10,591 nucleotides of DNA from Candidatus Aenigmatarchaeota archaeon (GTDB lineage: Archaea > Aenigmatarchaeota > Aenigmatarchaeia > QMZP01): positions 1-10,591 of the forward strand of contig JAWCLA010000027.1 in NCBI GenBank assembly GCA_039091855.1. The letters run 5' to 3'. The notes under the pieces were generated by a model that saw only the letters and a program-made list of their open reading frames with translations, had not been told where the DNA came from and did not search any database. The stretch's first letter is position 1, and every line of letters starts with the position of its first letter. Shown here in pieces: positions 1 to 7,028 of the stretch. The position numbers and the translations under genes are program-made.

Positions 1-11
1 CATGAAAATCA

Positions 12-18
12 TTTTATT
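12..18 (+). promoter_or_regulatory. Possible TATA-like box for a leaderless transcript of ORF 42..611
   Basis: TTTTATT at 12-18, preceded by purine-rich GAAAA (BRE-like), about 24 nt upstream of ATG 42; no Shine-Dalgarno present. The context is AT-rich, so the signal is weak. Confidence 0.3.
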
Positions 19-41
19 TTTTTCTGTACAAATAACATTCA

Positions 42-611
42 ATGAAAATAATACCATCACATAACATAATGGAATACTTTATGGAGGCTTTTGATTCTGC
101 GAAGAAAAAAACACACCTCAACATCTCTCAGGAAACAGAATTTTATATTGTAGATATGCTTTCGGAATTCTCTGATGCCGAGAAGTTTCTCGAGTGCTAT
201 AGTGATGAGCCTTTTGTACTAATGCTTAAAAGAGCTCAAGAAAATGAGAATGAGAGGTTCATGCTTTCAAAGAAGATAGGCGACCTTTCAGGATATATGT
301 GCGGCTTCTTTCCTGAAAAACTTAGGACTTCTGGAAATGACATAAGATATTACATATCTATTGGAAAGTCCGGTTACAAAATGGCATCAAGGCTTTCGCT
401 GAAAAGAAAAGGAATTTTCGATGAGATGGCACAAAAATTGCCTGCAATAGTAGATACTCTTAATGAGATTAAAGAAAGCAGGGATGTGGTAACAAACACA
501 GATATCCTGGAAATATATCAAAGGTGGCTTGACACAGGAAGCGAAAGGTTGAGAAAAATGCTTTTTGAAAAGGGTCTTATTCCCATTGAAGGACCTGGTT
601 TTTTCCAATAG
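42..611 (+). CDS. Conserved hypothetical protein, 189 aa, mostly helical, resembling an uncharacterised bacterial family
   Basis: Long ORF. Motifs EFYIVDML..F, DEP, IGD.S...GFF.E.L, YYI.IG..GY, F.EMA.K...VD.L.E and L.IY.RW..TGS.R....L...G.IP resemble, from memory, hypotheticals of Myxococcota, Acidobacteria and Proteobacteria. Confidence 0.8.
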   Translation: MKIIPSHNIMEYFMEAFDSAKKKTHLNISQETEFYIVDMLSEFSDAEKFLECYSDEPFVLMLKRAQENENERFMLSKKIGDLSGYMCGFFPEKLRTSGNDIRYYISIGKSGYKMASRLSLKRKGIFDEMAQKLPAIVDTLNEIKESRDVVTNTDILEIYQRWLDTGSERLRKMLFEKGLIPIEGPGFFQ

Positions 612-1736
612 TTAATCCTTAAGCAAGAATTCATCTATCCTGTCCTTTGCCTTTTCCCTCTCTTCCTGGTGTTTCTTCAGGAAAGAGTTTATCTTTTCGA
701 TAAGTATCTGCTTTAGTTCGCCCGTGAGGAGCTTTCCTGATTTGTAGTCTTCGTATATCTTCCTTAGTTTTGAGTCATCAGGCTCGAAGAGTATCCTTAG
801 CCACTGATATGAAACATCCACTTCAGGAATACCTCCCCTTTCCCTGTGTTCTTTCACAGAGCCTCTTCCTCCTGAAAAGGCATATTTCATTATCTTGTTT
901 TCAACCTGCTCGGGCGTGTCTGTTGTAAATATTGTTGTTGTTTCCCCGTCTGATGTTGACATCTTTCCAGGACCATGTAATGAAGGCAGGAACACGCTGT
1001 GAATTGCTGCCGTTTTCGGATATCCGAGCTTTGGCGCAACATCCCTTGAAATCCTCCAATATGGATCCTGGTCAATTGCTGCTGGTATCAATGTTCTAAC
1101 CGGCTTGCCTTCAATGACGCTAGGCAGAAAGCAAGGAGCAGCCTGCATGGCAGGCCAGAACATCATTCCTATGTTCGTCTCATTTGTGAAACCGAAAACA
1201 GCCTTTGCCGAGGAAGTGGTCACCTTTTTGGCAACCTGAATCGCGATTTTGTAGAGCGTTTTTGCGTAATCCGTGTCTATTATTATGAATGTCCTTTTTG
1301 GATCAAAACCGAGCGCTATCAGATCAAGCGCATTGTCATAGGCCAGCCTGTGCGTTTCATCCAGGGAAAGTTCCTGCTTGCATAAAAATTTCTCGTCATC
1401 AGTTATCTGGAAATAAAGGTTTACTTTGAATGCATCCTGAAGGTATTTCGTGAAAAACCAAGGAAGCATGTGTCCAATATGTGTCCTGCCTGAAGGGCCC
1501 CTTCCTGTGTAAAGCGCCCACGGCTTTCCCTCTTCATGCTCATTTAGAAGGATGTCCATATCCCTATGTGAGAAGAAAACCTTTCTCCTTAACATAAAAT
1601 GGCTCTCTCCAGCTCCCTTCTCTATCCTTCTTATGAGCGAATCTGTTAGCGGCTTTGTCCCGAAATCCTTAATCAGCTTGGCATAATCTATGTCGCCTGA
1701 AACCTCCCAAGGCGTGACAACCATTTTTCCAGTCAT
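612..1736 (-). CDS. trpS: Tryptophan--tRNA ligase (archaeal/eukaryote-like TrpRS)
   Basis: VTPWEV..IDY.KLI..FG N-terminus, YTGRGPS, HIGH, QITDDEK, AIDQDPY, KMSTS and KYAFSGG motifs. Confidence 0.97.
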   Translation of the reverse strand: MTGKMVVTPWEVSGDIDYAKLIKDFGTKPLTDSLIRRIEKGAGESHFMLRRKVFFSHRDMDILLNEHEEGKPWALYTGRGPSGRTHIGHMLPWFFTKYLQDAFKVNLYFQITDDEKFLCKQELSLDETHRLAYDNALDLIALGFDPKRTFIIIDTDYAKTLYKIAIQVAKKVTTSSAKAVFGFTNETNIGMMFWPAMQAAPCFLPSVIEGKPVRTLIPAAIDQDPYWRISRDVAPKLGYPKTAAIHSVFLPSLHGPGKMSTSDGETTTIFTTDTPEQVENKIMKYAFSGGRGSVKEHRERGGIPEVDVSYQWLRILFEPDDSKLRKIYEDYKSGKLLTGELKQILIEKINSFLKKHQEEREKAKDRIDEFLLKD

Positions 1737-1740
1737 AAAA

Positions 1741-2820
1741 TTACCTTGTTATTTCCTGTTTTTTGACAAACTCCTCAAGCTCTCTTGCCCTCTTGTTTGT
1801 CTGAAAATGTTTTCTAACAGGTTCAAGAATCTCATTTATGTAGTTGATAACGGCGTGCTTAACATCAGCAGGGTGAATTTTGCCTTCCTCATAAAGCCTT
1901 ACGAACTCTTTGTAACTCTCAATCTCTATCTCCCCACCAAACTTTGAAGGCCTTTCTATCCTGACCGTATTGAACTTCTCAAAGATTATGTATTTCATAT
2001 ATTCTGCAAGAGGATTGTCTTGAACTGTTTTTGCAGGACAGTATGCCTTCTCTATCTTCCTTTTCACCTCTTCAGGCGAGTCTGTCATAAAGATCGCGCT
2101 GTCTGGGATAGACTTTGACATCTTCATTTCTATCGTTCTTTCTGTTTTAGACATACCGTCTGTTTTTTTTGGTGGTAGAAGCCCCATAAGCATATGATGT
2201 GAAACTATGACAGGCTTCCAGAATCCTATTTTTGGTCCTATCTCCCTCGCAAGAACATTGACCTTTCTCTGATCCATTCCAAGCTGGGCTATGTCTGCAT
2301 CCAAGTGAAATATGTCCGCGCACTGCATACAGGGGTAAAGGATTTGCGATGCCTGCATTACCTCGCTTTCCTTCCTTCCCATTATCTGTCCGCACCTGAT
2401 TATCCGGGAAACAGTTGAGTTTCTGGCGACCTGCATAACCTTTTTCCAGTAGTTTTCATCCCTTGAATGTTCGCTTGCCCACACGAACTCAACCTTGTCA
2501 AGATCCATTCCCACTGATCTCCAAACCTCTATGAAATATTTCCCAACTGTCTGTATTTTTTCCAAATCCCCACCCATCTTGTTGTTTGCCCACGCGTGCC
2601 AGTCCGCGACAAGAAACTTGAAGTGAACTCCAGCCCTTGTCATTTTGTTTGTGTTTAGGGCTCTGACCACTCCCTGTGCAATATGAATTTTTCCAGAAGG
2701 TTCAAAGCCGTCATAAGCGATCGGTTTGCTCTTTGTTTCAAGAAGACTTCTCAATTCCTCTTCCGTGACAATCTCCTCGCCAACTTCTTTTATCAGTTTA
2801 ATTCTCGATTCTATGTCCAT
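1741..2820 (-). CDS. tyrS: Tyrosine--tRNA ligase (HIAQ-type archaeal TyrRS); start moved from 2892 to ATG 2820
   Basis: AYDGFEPSGKIHIAQG, ADWHAWANNK, YPCMQCADIF, GMDQRK, KMSKS and HPADVK motifs. MDIESRIKLIKEVGEEIVT matches typical archaeal TyrRS N-termini, and this start avoids a head-to-head overlap with radB. Confidence 0.96.
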   Translation of the reverse strand: MDIESRIKLIKEVGEEIVTEEELRSLLETKSKPIAYDGFEPSGKIHIAQGVVRALNTNKMTRAGVHFKFLVADWHAWANNKMGGDLEKIQTVGKYFIEVWRSVGMDLDKVEFVWASEHSRDENYWKKVMQVARNSTVSRIIRCGQIMGRKESEVMQASQILYPCMQCADIFHLDADIAQLGMDQRKVNVLAREIGPKIGFWKPVIVSHHMLMGLLPPKKTDGMSKTERTIEMKMSKSIPDSAIFMTDSPEEVKRKIEKAYCPAKTVQDNPLAEYMKYIIFEKFNTVRIERPSKFGGEIEIESYKEFVRLYEEGKIHPADVKHAVINYINEILEPVRKHFQTNKRARELEEFVKKQEITR

Positions 2821-2877
2821 AACAGCCACTTTGTATAATTTGCATTCTGATTTAAATCTTAAAACCCACCATTCATT
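2821..2877. promoter_or_regulatory. 57-bp divergent promoter region between tyrS and radB, with a palindromic TATA-like element GATTTAAATC (2849-2858)
   Basis: Perfect 10-bp palindrome reading TTTAAAT on both strands, about 20 nt from radB ATG 2878 and about 28 nt from tyrS ATG 2820. Confidence 0.5.
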
Positions 2878-3603
2878 ATGGAAACACAACATAATGAAAA
2901 TATAAGCGAACTAAAAACGTCTCATTCTATAAATATCAGCCTTCCGGAACCACTATCTTCAATAATAAGCAAACTAGAGCCACAGACCATAACAAATTTT
3001 TATGGAGGGCCTGGAACAGGAAAAACCAACATCTGTCTTTTGGCTGCAATAGAATGCATAAACAAAGGCGGATTTGTCACATACATAGATACAGAAGGCG
3101 GCTTCTCTTTGCAAAGAATCAAACAACTTACAAAAAACCCAGAGAGAATCCTTGAGAAAATCACCCTGCTTGAACCTAAAACCTTTGAGGAGCAGGGCAA
3201 AATCATACGCTCGCTTGAAAGGCAGAAATCTGACCTGATAATTCTGGACTCGGCAGTCGCGCTTTATCGCCTTGAATACGCTGATCCAAAAGCGGAAACA
3301 ATCGAGGCTCACAGGGAGCTTTCAAAACAGATTTCTGTTCTCTCATCAATTGCAAGGGAAAAAAACATTCCCGTTATAATAACCACCCACGTATTCCAGA
3401 ACTGGGATACCGGAGAGAGTGAAATGGTTGGCGGGGAGATGATGAAGTATTGGTCAAAGGCAATAGTATATCTGGAAAAAACAGGCAGGGCTTCTGAGAG
3501 AAAAGCCACCATAGTCAAGCATAGATGGCTTCCTGAAGGCGGGAGCGTGAAATTCGTCATAGTTGAGGATGGCATAAAACCCAGCGGGTTCAGGATTTTC
3601 TAA
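2878..3603 (+). CDS. radB: DNA repair and recombination protein RadB (RecA-superfamily paralog)
   Basis: Walker A GGPGTGKT, YIDTEGGFS..R, Walker B LIILDS..ALYR, GG..MKYWSK and the RadB-typical C-terminal KHR patch; no RadA N-terminal HhH domain. Confidence 0.9.
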   Translation: METQHNENISELKTSHSINISLPEPLSSIISKLEPQTITNFYGGPGTGKTNICLLAAIECINKGGFVTYIDTEGGFSLQRIKQLTKNPERILEKITLLEPKTFEEQGKIIRSLERQKSDLIILDSAVALYRLEYADPKAETIEAHRELSKQISVLSSIAREKNIPVIITTHVFQNWDTGESEMVGGEMMKYWSKAIVYLEKTGRASERKATIVKHRWLPEGGSVKFVIVEDGIKPSGFRIF

Positions 3604-3793
3604 AACTCTCCAAAAACCTCTTCACCGACCTGTCATAACTCTTCTCTGCTTCCTTTGGGAAAAGGCATCCAGGAACCTCTCCCTTATCCCTGTGATGACG
3701 GATACATACACAGCACATTCCTTTTCTTGAGCAGGGTTCATAAGTGCAGCCACACAGCTTCAGATTTTCCTCTCGGTTGGGACATTCTATCAT
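3590..3793 (-). CDS. Small Cys-rich protein, DUF6485-like, 67 aa
   Basis: Pattern C..N...C.CTYEPC.RKG.CC.C..HH....EVPGC.FP...E..YDRS...F (8 Cys, 2 His) recalled as DUF6485; start overlaps the upstream stop as ATGA (3790-3793). Confidence 0.8.
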   Translation of the reverse strand: MIECPNREENLKLCGCTYEPCSRKGMCCVCIRHHRDKGEVPGCLFPKEAEKSYDRSVKRFLESFRKS

Positions 3794-4377
3794 TTCCTTA
3801 TCACCTCTCCATTTGGCTTTTTCTCTGAAAAAACCTCTGCCTGAAACTTAAAGATTTTACATTCCTTGTCAAGCCAGGAGTCCGGAGCGAGACCTGCCTT
3901 CATGCAGGTATGCTCAAGAAATTCCTCATTTGATAGTTTATGCTCTGTTGCGACTTGGGGAAGCAAAAGCCCGCTGTGAAATCCCTTCCTTACTATTAAC
4001 CCGTCCACGCCTATTTTTATGTTTTTTGGATAATCTTTCGGGTTTTTGCACTCTATTAAATGTGGTTTTGTGAGCACAGAAACCTCAAATATTATTTTGG
4101 GCAGCTCTTCCTTTCTTACAGGTTCAAATCTCGGGTCCTGGCAAGCATAGATTGAGCAGTCACAGATTGCCTTTTGCAAAGGATAAATCGGCTCTGGGTA
4201 TCCTATGCAACCCCTGAGTTCCATTTCAGGATAGGTGTGAAGCGTAACGAAGGCACCCCTTTTTTCATAAAATACGGCAGGAAGGTTTTCTGTTTTTGGT
4301 TTTTTCCTCTCCAAGAGAAAACCCTCGGCACTCTCTCTTGCAAGCTTTACAGCAATTTTCCCTTCCTTTAGCTCCAT
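3790..4377 (-). CDS. AMMECR1-domain protein (TIGR00296 / AmmeMemoRadiSam protein A family)
   Basis: RGAFVTL, signature LRGCIG, DPRF.PV, EVSVLT, G.DGLI, SGLLLPQVA.E, C.KAGL and F.A.VF.E motifs. Confidence 0.95.
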   Translation of the reverse strand: MELKEGKIAVKLARESAEGFLLERKKPKTENLPAVFYEKRGAFVTLHTYPEMELRGCIGYPEPIYPLQKAICDCSIYACQDPRFEPVRKEELPKIIFEVSVLTKPHLIECKNPKDYPKNIKIGVDGLIVRKGFHSGLLLPQVATEHKLSNEEFLEHTCMKAGLAPDSWLDKECKIFKFQAEVFSEKKPNGEVIRK

Positions 4378-4452
4378 ATAGTTATTATTAAATAGGAAAT
4401 TAACATATCTTACGCTGCCTTAAAGAATTAACAGACTACTATTGGTGTTACA

Positions 4453-5532
4453 ATGAAATACAGGATAATAAGGGATGAGAAGGAGCTGAAAAGGCTTGAT
4501 AGGTTTCTGAATGCAAAAGGCAGGAAGCTCCTTTTTTACCACAGGGATGCAGATGGCATATGCTCTGCCGCGCTTATTCTAAAGTTCTTTTCCGGGTTTG
4601 AGACATCTCCCAGGCAGGGACCAAGGATAGAAAGCGATTTCGTTAAGGAAATCGTTGAGAAAAAGCCTGATTTGATTGTTTTTGTTGACCTTCCCGTTGA
4701 CCAGGAATGGGAGAAGATAAAGGCTGTTTTTGAAAGGCTCCCGAAATTAAGGATGGTTGTAATAGACCACCACATATACGAGAAAGACCTGAACTCCAGA
4801 AAAACAGTCCACATTAACCCAAGGTTTTTTGAAGATTCCTATCTTGCAACAAGCTATGTTGTTTACAGGCTTATGGAATTTCTTGGCAAGGATGTTTCCC
4901 AGTTTGTATGGATTTCCGCAATCGGCATAATAGGCGATTATGACATAAATGATTGCAGGGATTTGTTGGAATTGTGTGAAAAGACATATCCCGGCTCTAT
5001 AGGAAAAGACCCTATAAAGTCAAAACTCGGATATGCATCGGAACTTATATGTTCAGCCGTGACGATAAAGGCATCCGAGGGCGCTGAAAGGGTTTTGAAA
5101 ATCCTTCTCGAATCGAATGACTACAAAAAATTCATTAATTCAAAGCATTTGATGACCTGGCACAGAAAAGTAAGGGATGAGATAAGAAGGGTAGTAAAGG
5201 ATGCTTACAGGAACGCTGAAATACACAGGAAGCTTTCCATTAACATTTACACAATAAAAACAAGGATGAACCTCACCTCGGCGGTTTCAACATATTTTGC
5301 GGAAAGATATCCTGACAAGGTTGTTGTAATAAGGAGAAAGTCTGAAAACGAGTGGAAGCTCTCCTTTCGAAATCAGTCCGGGGAGATTAACGTAGGGGAA
5401 CTTGCAAAAAAATGCGTAAGGGGAATAGGCAGTGGCGGTGGACACAAGAAGGCAGCCGGGGCGATTGTCTCAGACTGGGAAAAATTCAGGGAAAGGCTTT
5501 TGGATGAGATAAAAGCAATTAAAAGAAAATAA
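4453..5532 (+). CDS. DHH-family phosphoesterase with DHHA1 domain (RecJ/NrnA-like), 359 aa
   Basis: Motif I YH.DADG, motif II FVD, motif III IDHH, motif IV IGIIGD, C-terminal LSFR...GSGGGH..AAG; SD-like GGTG at 4444-4447. Confidence 0.92.
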   Translation: MKYRIIRDEKELKRLDRFLNAKGRKLLFYHRDADGICSAALILKFFSGFETSPRQGPRIESDFVKEIVEKKPDLIVFVDLPVDQEWEKIKAVFERLPKLRMVVIDHHIYEKDLNSRKTVHINPRFFEDSYLATSYVVYRLMEFLGKDVSQFVWISAIGIIGDYDINDCRDLLELCEKTYPGSIGKDPIKSKLGYASELICSAVTIKASEGAERVLKILLESNDYKKFINSKHLMTWHRKVRDEIRRVVKDAYRNAEIHRKLSINIYTIKTRMNLTSAVSTYFAERYPDKVVVIRRKSENEWKLSFRNQSGEINVGELAKKCVRGIGSGGGHKKAAGAIVSDWEKFRERLLDEIKAIKRK

Positions 5533-5554
5533 ATCGGCTTCCCAATTCTTAACT

Positions 5555-6352
5555 ATGGGGTTTTACGTAAGGCCTGAATATATGGAGGTTATCCATTACT
5601 ACTATTTCTCGATGGGAATTTTCAGCTTTATGTGCGCCATAATATTCGGATTTTCGGCAGTTTACTCAATTGCCTTCATAATCCTTTACATCGGGCAGTC
5701 ATCATTTGCCTGGTACATAAGCTGGTATATGCAAAGGAAAATGCGAGAGTTCGTTATACCAAATTCTATAAACTATGCGGCTGTCCACATTTTTTTCACT
5801 TTTTTTGTTGGCGGGCTTACATTTGGGCTTTGGCTTTTGGGAGCGCTCAACGAGGAGCTTTTGGTTATGATTGTGCTTTATGTTAATTATTTTCTGTTTT
5901 TCCTTGCTTTTTTGTGGTATCTGATTTCAAAGTTCGGGATTTTGAAAATGTTTTTTGATGTTTATGACAGTGCAATAATTAACAAAGCGAAAGGTCTTAT
6001 AATCAAAACAAGGGAAATGAGAAAGGACATTTTTGTTATAAATTTGGCAAGCAGCGAAACAATAAAAAATTACATACCAGGCTCAGACCCGGAAATGGAC
6101 GAGTTGCTCATTAATTTATGGAGAGTGAGAAAGTCCGAAATGCTTTTGAGAAGGATAGCTGAGATTGAAATGCTCGTTTGTGACCATATTGTCAGTAGGA
6201 TGAGAAAATGGATAAATCAGACGATATCAAAGGATGTTATAACACCTAAAGAGAGGGCAACAATAGACAGGTATGAGCAAACAATAAATGAGTATGCAAA
6301 ACTTGCAATGGAGTATGAAAGACGTGTTGTTTCAAAACTACCTCCTGAATAA
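5555..6352 (+). CDS. Hypothetical membrane protein: about 4 N-terminal TM helices plus a charged helical C-terminal domain
   Basis: 265-aa ORF with hydrophobic stretches at about aa 13-35, 37-58, 75-97 and 102-124; no recognised family. Confidence 0.75.
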   Translation: MGFYVRPEYMEVIHYYYFSMGIFSFMCAIIFGFSAVYSIAFIILYIGQSSFAWYISWYMQRKMREFVIPNSINYAAVHIFFTFFVGGLTFGLWLLGALNEELLVMIVLYVNYFLFFLAFLWYLISKFGILKMFFDVYDSAIINKAKGLIIKTREMRKDIFVINLASSETIKNYIPGSDPEMDELLINLWRVRKSEMLLRRIAEIEMLVCDHIVSRMRKWINQTISKDVITPKERATIDRYEQTINEYAKLAMEYERRVVSKLPPE

Positions 6353-6363
6353 GCATTTAAATA
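6347..6363 (+). promoter_or_regulatory. BRE/TATA promoter of the ribosomal protein operon
   Basis: Consensus archaeal TATA box TTTAAATA at 6356-6363, preceded by purine-rich GAATAAGCA; predicts a transcription start near 6385-6390. Confidence 0.6.
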
Positions 6364-6384
6364 CTTGTTCCTTAAAGTTATGCT

Positions 6385-6503
6385 AATTGTTAATTGGCAC
6401 GGGCTAGCCATTGAAAGCAAATTAATTATTAAGCCTTGTTGGCGATTACCCCGATGAAACAGCTGTTTCTTTCGGGCTTAAATTTTTAGTAAAAGAGGAA
6501 ACT
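6385..6503 (+). promoter_or_regulatory. Candidate structured 5' leader (r-leader-like) upstream of rps13
   Basis: Largest non-coding gap in the window. Hairpins TGGC/GCCA (6395-6410), GCC/GGC (6433-6443) and CCCGA-T-GAAAC-AGCT-GTTTC-TT-TCGGG (6450-6476); long-range TTAAGCC/GGCTTAA (6429-6435/6475-6481); SD-like AGAGG at 6494-6498. Confidence 0.45.
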
Positions 6504-7019
6504 ATGACAGAAAAAGCACACACAGAAAAAGGAAAGGTTATGCAAAGGGAGCCAAAGGTTTCACAGCAAAGGGAAACACAAAGCATAATAAGGATTGCAG
6601 AAACCAATCTTGATGGAAGGAAGAATGTAGAGGTAGCAATAAGAAGGATATCTGGAATTTCGTTTATGTTAAGCAACGCTATAGCAAGGAGGTGCGGATT
6701 TTACGGAAAAAGGCTTTCTGAACTTTCCGAAAGCGAAATAAAGATTTTGGAAGATTGCATAATAAATCCTGAAAAATTTGGAATTCCTGCTTGGATGTTC
6801 AACCGAAGGAAGGAACCCACAACAGGAAAGGATAGACATTTGATAGCTTCTCAGCTTGAGTTCACGCACAAAATGGATATAAACGAGTTGAAGAAGATGA
6901 AGTGCTACAGGGGAATAAGGCACATACAGGGTCTTCCTGTAAGGGGCCAGAGAACAAGGTCCTCATTCAGAAAGGGCAAGACCGTGGGTGTAAAAAGGAA
7001 GAAAGAGGAATCAAAGTAA
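6504..7019 (+). CDS. rps13: 30S ribosomal protein uS13 (archaeal type) with a low-complexity N-terminal extension
   Basis: IRIA.T.LDG, I.GI, IP.W..NRRK...TG.D.HL, YRG.RH..GLPVRGQRTRS..R.G.TVGV motifs; an alternative start at ATG 6540 is possible. Confidence 0.97.
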   Translation: MTEKAHTEKGKVMQREPKVSQQRETQSIIRIAETNLDGRKNVEVAIRRISGISFMLSNAIARRCGFYGKRLSELSESEIKILEDCIINPEKFGIPAWMFNRRKEPTTGKDRHLIASQLEFTHKMDINELKKMKCYRGIRHIQGLPVRGQRTRSSFRKGKTVGVKRKKEESK

Positions 7020-7028
7020 GGAGATGTT

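Noticed and set aside
2821..2892. 24-aa N-terminal extension of TyrRS from ATG 2892
   Set aside because: It would overlap radB head-to-head and cover the promoter; similarity to TyrRS begins at Met 2820.
2894..2905. Possible frameshifted radB start (ATG AAA ATA TAA, 2 nt off from reading MKISELK)
   Set aside because: The radB frame is open from ATG 2878 with a well-spaced TATA box, so no frameshift is needed.
6441..6476. Hammerhead ribozyme, C/D box sRNA or fluoride riboswitch (CCGATGAAAC, GGCGAT)
   Set aside because: Lacks the CUGANGA core with a separate GAAA, lacks a box C/box D pair, and lacks the fluoride riboswitch pairing; only fragmentary resemblance.
6353..6503. tRNA gene upstream of rps13 (a tRNA precedes this operon in some archaea)
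   Set aside because: No cloverleaf, no TTCGA/TTCAA T-loop in a proper arm and no 7-bp acceptor stem found on either strand.
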